From an uncultured Nitrososphaerota archaeon (GTDB lineage: Archaea > Korarchaeota > Korarchaeia > Korarchaeales > Korarchaeaceae), in contig CAZUBM010000029.1 in NCBI GenBank assembly GCA_964618805.1, positions 1 through 18,643 of the forward strand: a DNA stretch of 18,643 nt, given 5' to 3'. Each line of letters begins with the position of its first letter. Position 1 is the first letter of the stretch. Shown in pieces: positions 1 to 6,764 of this stretch. The notes under the pieces were generated by a model. The model was not told the origin of the DNA. It worked only from the letters and a program-made list of their open reading frames with translations, and made no database searches. The position numbers and the translations under genes are program-made.

Positions 1-155
1 TATCCTCTAACCCTCTCTTCCTTAAACGGATCTTTCCTCACTTCCTGAATCCTCTCTTTTATCCTCCTCCTTACCTCTTTAGGAACCTTCTCTAGGTCTT
101 TAAGGAAGGATTTCGTTGCAAAAAGCCTAAACTTAGATTTAGGTTTCTTGCTCAT
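1..155 (-). CDS. relE: RelE/ParE-family toxin, N-terminal part (runs off the window edge)
   Basis: Not in the ORF track; translated by hand from ATG at 155: MSKKPKSKFRLFATKSFLKDLEKVPKEVRRRIKERIQEVRKDPFKEERVRG. This matches the RelE N-terminal pattern (F.KDL.KL....R.RI...I..L..DP). The start overlaps the upstream stop codon (ATGA, 152-155). Confidence 0.85.
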   Translation of the reverse strand, partial: MSKKPKSKFRLFATKSFLKDLEKVPKEVRRRIKERIQEVRKDPFKEERVRG

Positions 156-373
156 TCGAGGGCCCTCATCAGTTCCTCTTCCCCAACAATCTCTTCCTTA
201 CCCTGCTCCAGGAGTTCAAGCCTCCTCCTTACCTCAAGATCGAAGAAGTATTCGTCCAAAATCTCAAGTATGCGATCTAGCTTTCCCTTCAATCCTTCCA
301 ACTCTTTCCTAAGGACTTCAACCTCTCCCCTTAGCTCCTTTAGGGTCTTTTCTTCTGTTTTGGGTAGGGACAT
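152..373 (-). CDS. Putative antitoxin (archaeal RelB-like), 73 aa
   Basis: Small helical protein with an N-terminal coiled coil and an acidic tail (GKEEIVGEEELMRALE). It lies directly upstream of, and is translationally coupled to, the RelE-like toxin. Confidence 0.75.
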   Translation of the reverse strand: MSLPKTEEKTLKELRGEVEVLRKELEGLKGKLDRILEILDEYFFDLEVRRRLELLEQGKEEIVGEEELMRALE

Positions 374-394
374 CTTGCCTTCATAACACTGGTC

Positions 395-404
395 GGTAAA
401 AAGG
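395..404 (-). promoter_or_regulatory. TATA-like box of the toxin-antitoxin operon (probably leaderless mRNA)
   Basis: CCTTTTTACC on the minus strand, about 24 nt upstream of the ATG at 373, with no SD motif in between. Confidence 0.4.
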
Positions 405-689
405 ATGACTTATTTTCAAACTTTTGATTCCTGAAACTGGAGTTATCTGGGTTTTTATTATTGCCTCAAATTCTAGATTATAGTATAATAATTACCATCC
501 TTCAACAAATTTGGAAAAATAAAGTATGTTACTCAAAGGACCATAAACCCAAGTGTTAGTATTCTGTTCCCGAATGTATGGAAGTACGGAATACGAACAT
601 AAAGGAGGCGAATTTCCTGGACCTTTTTCGGCTCTAAAAATGAAAATACATAGGATCCATCTATTTGACCTATAATGAGTTTATAGGTC

Positions 690-1226
690 TTTTTCCCTTT
701 ATCCTTAATCCGTAATCAGTGAACTCCAAATCCTTAATCCTGAGAGAACAAAGCTCTCCAGCCCTTATGGCCGATTCATACAACAAGGCTATTATGGCCT
801 TGCTCTTTGTGTTCCTACATCCCTTTATCAGGGCCTTAATCTCCTCTGGAGAAAGTATCTTGCCCTTAGATTCGTCTCCCTCTTCTCCTTTATTACGAGA
901 TCCTAGGCTTTGGGCAATTCTCCTCCATTAAGCCATCTCACAAAGCTCCTGAACCTGTTGAAATAAAGAGATGCTGAACTTCTTCCAATTTCGCTAAGCA
1001 TACCTCTAAAGAAGTCTCTGACTTGGTTTCTATTTGCTTGAAGAGGAGGCTTGCCAACTATAGAGCTATACCTTTTCGAAGCTTGAGCATAGACGAATTT
1101 TGTGTGAGGACTTAGCCCTTTCTCAACGAAGTAGTTCTTAGGGGGTTCAGAAAGCCAGCTTGGGAGCTCCTCCAAAATTTGAACCGTGTATTTTTCTTTG
1201 GCCTATAAGTCCCTGTCCAGAGGCAT
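690..1226 (-). pseudogene. Decayed tyrosine recombinase/integrase (XerC/D-like)
   Basis: From ATG 1226: MPLDRDL*AKEKYTVQILEELPSW...GLSPHTKFVY...FRSFVRWLNGGELPKA*DLVIKEKRETNLRA, a SAM-like N-terminal domain with in-frame TAGs at 1203-1205 and 903-905. After a frameshift near 860 it reads ILSPEEIKALIKGCRNTKSKAIIALLYESAIRAGELCSLRIKDLEFTDYGLRIKGK, the box I motif with the catalytic Arg. Similarity ends near 690; HxxR and the catalytic Tyr are not seen. Confidence 0.85.
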
Positions 1227-1275
1227 CAAGCCCTAATCTCTTTCCTTATTTATTAAATGTTTCGAATATCCGCAT

Positions 1276-1596
1276 TTAGCTGAACTCTCTCCAAGAATAA
1301 CCACACTTTGTGCACAAATATATCCGGGTGGGGGGCTCATCGGCACTTCTAGTTTGTACCATCTGGAAATAAGCCTTGGAATTTCCGCACTTAGGACAAA
1401 CTTTTGTAACAATGGGTGAACTTAGCATCTCCTCCTTAATTATTGGAATTTCTTCGGACGAACTGCTAGAAACGCTACTAACTATGTTGACTAACTTACC
1501 CTTCTCCCCTTCATATCCACAGACAGGGCATTTGAAAACGATTTTTTCCTTCTTTTTTCCTGGAGTCATCAGAGAACCACACTTAGGACATATCAA
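1276..1596 (-). CDS. tfs: Transcription elongation/cleavage factor TFS (RpoM family)
   Basis: Two Zn ribbons (CPKC..CPVC and CPKC..CTKC) and the QTRSADEP motif with the acidic DE pair intact. TTG start. Confidence 0.95.
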   Translation of the reverse strand: MICPKCGSLMTPGKKKEKIVFKCPVCGYEGEKGKLVNIVSSVSSSSSEEIPIIKEEMLSSPIVTKVCPKCGNSKAYFQMVQTRSADEPPTRIYLCTKCGYSWREFS

Positions 1597-1628
1597 GATT
1601 AAACCCCCAAGTGTAACAACTACATCCC

Positions 1629-1641
1629 AAATATATTAATT
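1629..1641. promoter_or_regulatory. AT-rich TATA element in the divergent tfs / NYN spacer
   Basis: AAATATATTAATT sits centrally in the 82-bp spacer between the divergent starts at 1596 and 1679. Confidence 0.4.
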
Positions 1642-1678
1642 AGCTCAATGGCTGAACTACCTCATAAGGGATTAGGAA

Positions 1679-2215
1679 TTGAAGGTCATAAGGGGAGTTG
1701 CAGGAAGGGTAGGAAGGAGAAAACAGCTGGCAATAATCGTTGATGGCCCAAATATTCTCAGAAAAGAGCTTGGGCTTGATCTAGAGGAAATTAGGAAGAT
1801 ATCTGAGAGCATGGGTAGGGTCAGAAAGGCGATCGTTGTACTTAACAGGCAAGCCCCTGAGAAGTTGGTTGAAGCAGTGGCTAACGCTGGGTTCGATGTA
1901 AAGATTTCTTTCGGAAAACCAGAAGTAGATTTTACAATTGCTGCTATGGAGGCGGCGTTTACAGATAAAATACAGACACTTATCTTAGCAACAAGGAGTG
2001 CTGCCTACCTCCCCATAATTCATAAGATCAAGGAGATAGGGAAGGAGGTTGTAGTGATCGGAGCAGAGCCTGGTTTCAGCGTAGCCCTGAAAAAAGCCGC
2101 AGATTTGTCTTTAGCTCTTGGAGAGGGTCCTACTAGGACTTCCAATGCCAGAAATCAAGGACAGAACGATTCCGGAAAAACTAAAAGACACAAGAACGCT
2201 GAGAAAGAAAGCTAA
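1679..2215 (+). CDS. NYN-domain (LabA/DUF88, TIGR00288-like) PIN-fold protein
   Basis: Motifs IIVDGPNILRKE, GKEVVVIGAEPGFSVALKKAAD. Several usual acidic residues look substituted (PEVDF, TRSAAY). Confidence 0.88.
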   Translation: MKVIRGVAGRVGRRKQLAIIVDGPNILRKELGLDLEEIRKISESMGRVRKAIVVLNRQAPEKLVEAVANAGFDVKISFGKPEVDFTIAAMEAAFTDKIQTLILATRSAAYLPIIHKIKEIGKEVVVIGAEPGFSVALKKAADLSLALGEGPTRTSNARNQGQNDSGKTKRHKNAEKES

Positions 2216-3199
2216 TGATCCATATTCCCCTAACATATAAAGGCCAATGGCATAAAGTATAATCCAAAGGGATATGACAGAGGCCAATGAGAATATCCTA
2301 AGGAGAAGTTCCCGACGTCTTCTTGAAGAATAAGCCTCTATTATGCTACCGACAACCATTATTATCATAAACAAGGCTATGAGAGTCGATGAATCCACGA
2401 TTACCCTTCCAACAAGCCTTGAGAGATCTAACTCAGTAACCAGCTCAGAAATTAGCATGTACTCCCTGAAAAATGTATATCCGAGACCTATTAAGCCCAT
2501 CCAGAAGGTAATTTTTCCTAATCTCTTTCCGAAAACTTCAGAAAATCCGCTAAACCTCTTCTTAAGGGAAAAGCCTCTTTCCATGAGTAAAATTCCCAAA
2601 AAACCTCCTAATGCTGTCCACATATACCTCTGTAGGTTGAATACAGAGAGAATAGATGTAATTAGGATGACAGCCCCCGGAACACCAAAGAGATAAGCTC
2701 TAGTTCCTGGACTTTCCAGTAGTTTCTTTAGATATCTCCTCAGGAGGAAATAAGTCTCTTCCAACTCTCTGCTTTGTTGTACGATAATTCTCCTAACGAA
2801 GACTCTTGGAAAGAAGCTGTGTAAAAGAGGAAGAACTCTTTCATCATCCGCTCCATCTGAAACCAAAATAGCCAGGTCCGCCTTGAACTTATTCGTAATC
2901 TCGATTAGTTGACGTTCAACTTCTGCATCAGCATAGTTTTCACTCCTTGAATCTCCCGTAATTGTGGCAACTTGTACTTCAGCATTTTTGTATTGCTGTA
3001 AAGCCCTATCATACTCTCGAATGGCTCCAAAGATGGCGTTTGCATCTGCTTCCTCAGGATCTACTGAGAGAAGCTTAACTCCTGCTTCTACACAAGCATC
3101 TCTTCCAATTACTGGCCCCTTAACTCCTGCTTTCTCAGTAAGGTCTGCATCTCTATCCACGCAAAGGATCAAAATCTTTCTTACAGGGGAGATCGACAT
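2111..3199 (-). CDS. DUF373-family archaeal membrane protein
   Basis: ILILCVDRDADL..K.GVKGPVIGR, DPEEADANAIFGA, VSDGADDERVLP, IIVQQSRELEETY and LFGVPG, followed by about 6 transmembrane helices. Confidence 0.9.
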   Translation of the reverse strand: MSISPVRKILILCVDRDADLTEKAGVKGPVIGRDACVEAGVKLLSVDPEEADANAIFGAIREYDRALQQYKNAEVQVATITGDSRSENYADAEVERQLIEITNKFKADLAILVSDGADDERVLPLLHSFFPRVFVRRIIVQQSRELEETYFLLRRYLKKLLESPGTRAYLFGVPGAVILITSILSVFNLQRYMWTALGGFLGILLMERGFSLKKRFSGFSEVFGKRLGKITFWMGLIGLGYTFFREYMLISELVTELDLSRLVGRVIVDSSTLIALFMIIMVVGSIIEAYSSRRRRELLLRIFSLASVISLWIILYAIGLYMLGEYGSLAFFLSVLVSFSFSGIVLSLISGIGSPSRTLSKS

Positions 3200-3242
3200 C
3201 CACCAGCCTCTATTTATTTTACCAGTATGTTCTTAAAAAGAT

Positions 3243-4178
3243 CTATTTGCTCCCTTCTTTGCTGCTTCCGCTAACAAGTTCCTCTCCTGTTTTCACTAAG
3301 GCCATAAGTTCCCCTATATCCAGTTTCTCTCCCATTTTCAGCTTTTGTTTAGCTATGACAGCCACTTCCTCTATGATCTCCTCTTCAACCTTCTTTTCCC
3401 TTTCCTGTATAATCTTCTTTATATTTTCTCGGAGTTCTCGGAGTTTTTCGAATAATGAATTAAGTTGAGCACGTAACTCATCTGCTTCCTTGCTTTTCTT
3501 ACTTATTTCCTCATCTAACTTTTCAATTTCTCCACTAAGTTGATCCAAGGAATTAATTGCCTCTCCAATCTTCTTTTTAAGATCTGCGATTTCTCTACCT
3601 TTTTCTCTTAATCTAACTGAGCTTTCGTTTAGGAAGAACCTCCATCTCCCGGCTTCTGCAGCTGCTTCCAGATGCTCCTTCTTAATCTTCCTAGCTCTTG
3701 CATATTCTCCCAACATCGCCTCAAAATAACCTATTCTCATCACTATCTCTCTTTCCTGCTCTACGGTTAATCGTCCGGTTTCTATTCTCCTCTCTAAGGC
3801 GCTAATTCTCCTCCTGAGTTCTCTTTCTGATATAGGAATGGAGGAGATGATCTCCTCATACTCGTTTTTTAGTCTCATGGCGAGTTCCTTCGCCTTTTTG
3901 TATGTTTCAAGAACCTCATTTCTCTCCTTTTGAAGTTCAGCATACTCTTCCTGAGCTCTTCTCTTTTCCTCTATCAGTTCTCTCACTCTTTTTCTTTCTT
4001 CCCTTATCTTATTGATTATTTCACGTCTCTTTTCTCTCAACGATCTGATCTCCTCAATTACACTTCTTCGTTGAGCCTTTAATTTTCTAATTGCCTCTCT
4101 TGTGTTGGTGAGGCTTTCTCTTAGCTCTTCGATCGATTGAGTTACCGTATCCATTTGTTTTGCTCTCCTCTCGGTCAT
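3243..4178 (-). CDS. Long archaeal coiled-coil protein (COG1340-like)
   Basis: About 300 aa of E/K/R-rich heptads. It has the central IETGRLTVEQEREIV kink and the C-terminal LKMGEKLDIGELMAL motif typical of this family, and lies next to DUF373. Alternative start at 4154. Confidence 0.8.
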   Translation of the reverse strand: MTERRAKQMDTVTQSIEELRESLTNTREAIRKLKAQRRSVIEEIRSLREKRREIINKIREERKRVRELIEEKRRAQEEYAELQKERNEVLETYKKAKELAMRLKNEYEEIISSIPISERELRRRISALERRIETGRLTVEQEREIVMRIGYFEAMLGEYARARKIKKEHLEAAAEAGRWRFFLNESSVRLREKGREIADLKKKIGEAINSLDQLSGEIEKLDEEISKKSKEADELRAQLNSLFEKLRELRENIKKIIQEREKKVEEEIIEEVAVIAKQKLKMGEKLDIGELMALVKTGEELVSGSSKEGSK

Positions 4179-4196
4179 CCATTGGCAGAATTACGG

Positions 4197-4213
4197 GCGC
4201 TCTAAGTGAGCGC
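4197..4213. promoter_or_regulatory. GC-rich inverted repeat GCGCTC-N5-GAGCGC (candidate operator or hairpin)
   Basis: Perfect 6-bp arms in the 67-bp spacer, just downstream of a minus-strand TTAAAA TATA-like element (about 4221-4226). Confidence 0.4.
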
Positions 4214-4245
4214 TGATGTCTTTTAATCTTTCCTCTTCTAACCAA

Positions 4246-4452
4246 TTATAGCTCTACAAGGTAAATGTCAGCGCATGCCCTTACGTTCTCATAAGGCACT
4301 GTTTTTACCTTTCCGCCTTTCTCAGTGGCTAATATAATTGCAACTATGCTTCCTAACTGATCATCGAATATGAAATCATCAGCATAACCTAGGAACTTGC
4401 CTTCCAATGTGTAAACTTCCTTATCGAACAGCTCAGATACTCTCTTTGCCAT
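4246..4452 (-). CDS. Single PRC-barrel domain protein (CdpB-like), 68 aa
   Basis: VSELFDKEVYTLEGKFLGYADDFIFD...G.I.AI...VPYENVRACADIYLV matches the PRC-barrel pattern (S.L.GK.VY...G..LG.V.D...D; VPY..V.A..DI..V). Confidence 0.85.
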   Translation of the reverse strand: MAKRVSELFDKEVYTLEGKFLGYADDFIFDDQLGSIVAIILATEKGGKVKTVPYENVRACADIYLVEL

Positions 4453-4463
4453 ATCTTCACCCT

Positions 4464-5156
4464 TTACCTCAAAATAATCCTTGCATCCACTACTTTTATT
4501 CCATTCGGATAAGCCATCGTCGGATTAAGATCCATTTCGGCTATTTCTTCTATTTCTAAACCGATTTTTCCCGCTTTTATTAGCGCATCTTTGATGGCTT
4601 CAACATCAACGGGTTCAGAGCCCCTATAACCAAATAATAGAGGCTTTCCTCTGATTTCATTTATCATGTCTTCTGCATCCTGCTCAGTGAGAGGCGCGAC
4701 TCTGAAGCTAACATCTTTGAATATCTCGACAAACACTCCACCAAGCCCAAACATAACAGTAGGACCGAACTGTGGATCCCTGATGAGCCCAATTATGACC
4801 TCCAGTCCTTGAGGAGCATATTCCTGTACCAATATTCCAACAACCCTAGCCTCTGGCTTTTTCTCCTTTACGTTAGCTAGAATCCTTTTATATGCCTCTT
4901 TTACCCCTTTGGCATCCTTAATACCCACAATCACTCCTCCTACATCACTTTTATGGATAATATCTGGAGAAACTATCTTCAACACTACTGGATAGCCGAT
5001 TTCTTCGGCGGCTTTAACGGCTTCATCTATGTTATGTGCTACACGGACCCTCGTGACTGGTATATCATACTTTTCGACAATAGCCTTTGCTTCGTGCTCA
5101 AGCAAGCTTCTACCTTCTTTTTTGGCTCTTTCGATTATTTTTCTGACTTCACTCAT
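4464..5156 (-). CDS. acdB: ADP-forming acetyl/acyl-CoA synthetase beta subunit (ATP-grasp)
   Basis: GYPVVLKIVSPDIIHKSDVGGV, RDPQFGPTVMFGLGGVFVEIFKDVSFRVAP and EMDLNP..VDARIIL. No alpha subunit in the window. Confidence 0.95.
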   Translation of the reverse strand: MSEVRKIIERAKKEGRSLLEHEAKAIVEKYDIPVTRVRVAHNIDEAVKAAEEIGYPVVLKIVSPDIIHKSDVGGVIVGIKDAKGVKEAYKRILANVKEKKPEARVVGILVQEYAPQGLEVIIGLIRDPQFGPTVMFGLGGVFVEIFKDVSFRVAPLTEQDAEDMINEIRGKPLLFGYRGSEPVDVEAIKDALIKAGKIGLEIEEIAEMDLNPTMAYPNGIKVVDARIILR

Positions 5157-5182
5157 CCTAAACCACCAAAACTTTCATTCAC

Positions 5183-6400
5183 TTAAACCTTACGATGCCT
5201 GAACCGAAGCTTCCACCGTGGCTCAGCCGGACCTCTCTTCTCCTCCTTCTTCAAAAACCTATCAGGGGGTACATAATATCTCCCGGTAGCATCCTTTTCA
5301 ATCAGCCCTGCGATTACCATAGCTTCAAGTTTTGTTCTTTCTTCGCTTAAAGTAGCCTCCATGGCCTCAGCCATAGCCTCGAGCTCCACAGGACCGCCAT
5401 CGAACTCTTGTACTAATACGAAGAGCTCATCCTTGAATTTCTCAACAGATCTCTTAATGTACTCATATTTAGGAGCGTCGACCCTTAGTATGCTATCTAG
5501 AACATCCATATCAACTTTTCTTTTACCTAGAAGAACAGCAAGGTCAACGGTTCTACTCAAAAGCTTTAGTAATCTCCTCGGATTTCCTTCTATAAGCTCA
5601 TTAACTTTTGTGATTACTTCCTCTTCGATGGGCATTTGAGATGAGCGTTGAATCTGATAAGCCTTAACTCTTTTTTCTACTAACATTAAAGCTTCCTCAT
5701 TCGTCAGAGGATGTATAAAGAATCTATGGTGAAGCCTAGATGAAAGGGCTGGAAAATTCTCATCCATCTTCTCATAAGTCCCATTGCTCATTGCCATCGC
5801 AACGACTATTCCTTCTGGCATTGAAGATACTATCTCTCTAATGGCCTCGAAAAATATGAACCTCCAATACTCCCCCATTTGTATCGCATTATGTAGACCA
5901 TCTAACAAAATTGCAGCCGGTCTATGCTTCACTAACGCGCCCAAAATGATATCCCCTATCTTAACAGGAGATGATCTAATCTCCTCTAATTCTTCCTCTG
6001 GAATAGTTTCACTATATCCAAGCAAGCCCCTCTTTATCTTAACGGTAATCCCACTAGAGAGAGACATAGCTGTCTTAATGAGTCTATCAAGGATGTCTGG
6101 ACCTGATGCCATAGCGACATCAAAATACAGGACTTCTCCCCCGGCCTTTTCAATCGTATCCTCGATAACTAACATCCGATGAGTTCTTCCGCTACCTTTA
6201 GGTCCAGTAAGCGCTATAAATGCTGATCCAGAGCCAGCTATAGTTTCTGCGACCATTGCTAGGAGAAGACCATCTCCTTCCTGCTTGACAAATAAAGAAG
6301 AAGCCTCATCAGGGCTTATAAGTGATAGAGCCTTAAATGGATTTCTTTTCAGGCCTAAAAGCTTTTCATATGCCCTAATAGGGGGAGTCGGAATGCTCAA
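5183..6400 (-). CDS. AAA+ P-loop protein (ExeA/Cdc6-like) with degenerate Walker motifs and probable C-terminal winged helix
   Basis: N-terminal YEKLLGLKRNPF, Walker A-like GPKGSGRT, Walker B-like AAILLDGLH, ALSSRL (Arg finger), HPLTNEEA...EKRV and GNPRRLL (sensor II). The C-terminal AMAEAMEATLSEERTKLEAMVIAGLIEK..GRYYV resembles a winged helix. Confidence 0.8.
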   Translation of the reverse strand: MSIPTPPIRAYEKLLGLKRNPFKALSLISPDEASSLFVKQEGDGLLLAMVAETIAGSGSAFIALTGPKGSGRTHRMLVIEDTIEKAGGEVLYFDVAMASGPDILDRLIKTAMSLSSGITVKIKRGLLGYSETIPEEELEEIRSSPVKIGDIILGALVKHRPAAILLDGLHNAIQMGEYWRFIFFEAIREIVSSMPEGIVVAMAMSNGTYEKMDENFPALSSRLHHRFFIHPLTNEEALMLVEKRVKAYQIQRSSQMPIEEEVITKVNELIEGNPRRLLKLLSRTVDLAVLLGKRKVDMDVLDSILRVDAPKYEYIKRSVEKFKDELFVLVQEFDGGPVELEAMAEAMEATLSEERTKLEAMVIAGLIEKDATGRYYVPPDRFLKKEEKRGPAEPRWKLRFRHRKV

Positions 6401-6750
6401 TGTTTACCCTACCCTAACATCGCTCTTATGCACTTCTAAATTTATCGTCATCTTTCTCAGAGTAGGCTGGGTCTAATCTTTTATAAGTTGTTCTGGACGT
6501 TGAGTTAAGTTCTTTTTGGAGAAGGAAGCTAAATACTCTTCTATCCTTTTTTCATCTTGAGTAGAAGTATTTTCAGGAGATGTCTTCAAATAAAGCCTTC
6601 TTAAGAGATAAATCTTCTTTCAAAATAAAAAATAAATCACGGGCGAAGTATAAGATAAATCGCTCTTAGTAGAGCTCTCAGTGATCTTGGCTAGGTTTAA
6701 GAAGATGGGCTAACTTTTTAACTCACCCTCTATTCCACTACAGCGGGTTG

Positions 6751-6756
6751 GGAGGT
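6751..6756 (+). promoter_or_regulatory. Shine-Dalgarno site of EF-2
   Basis: GGAGGT lies 8 nt upstream of the TTG at 6765; TATA-like TTTTTAAC near 6715-6722. Confidence 0.7.
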
Positions 6757-6764
6757 ATACGATT

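Noticed and set aside
719-931. 70-aa plus-strand ORF
   Set aside because: It is the antisense shadow of the integrase catalytic fragment.
903-1205. Amber (pyrrolysine) readthrough, since both in-frame stops in the integrase, and the one at 6473, are TAG
   Set aside because: The integrase also has a frameshift and a truncation, TAG ends normal genes here (coiled-coil, rpl10e, rpoL), and no pyl genes are in the window.
3243-4178. SMC/Rad50, ESCRT-III or phosphoserine phosphatase identity for the coiled-coil protein
   Set aside because: There is no ATPase head, hinge, Zn hook or HAD motif, and the sequence fits the COG1340-like family.
4464-5156. Orphan acdB as an anomaly
   Set aside because: Separately encoded beta subunits shared among alpha subunits are well known in archaea such as Thermococcales.
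6401-6764. Replication origin next to a Cdc6-like gene
   Set aside because: No convincing ORB repeats (TTCCAxTGGAA plus G-string) were found, only one weak TTCCACT at about 6733. The protein looks more ExeA-like and has degenerate motifs.
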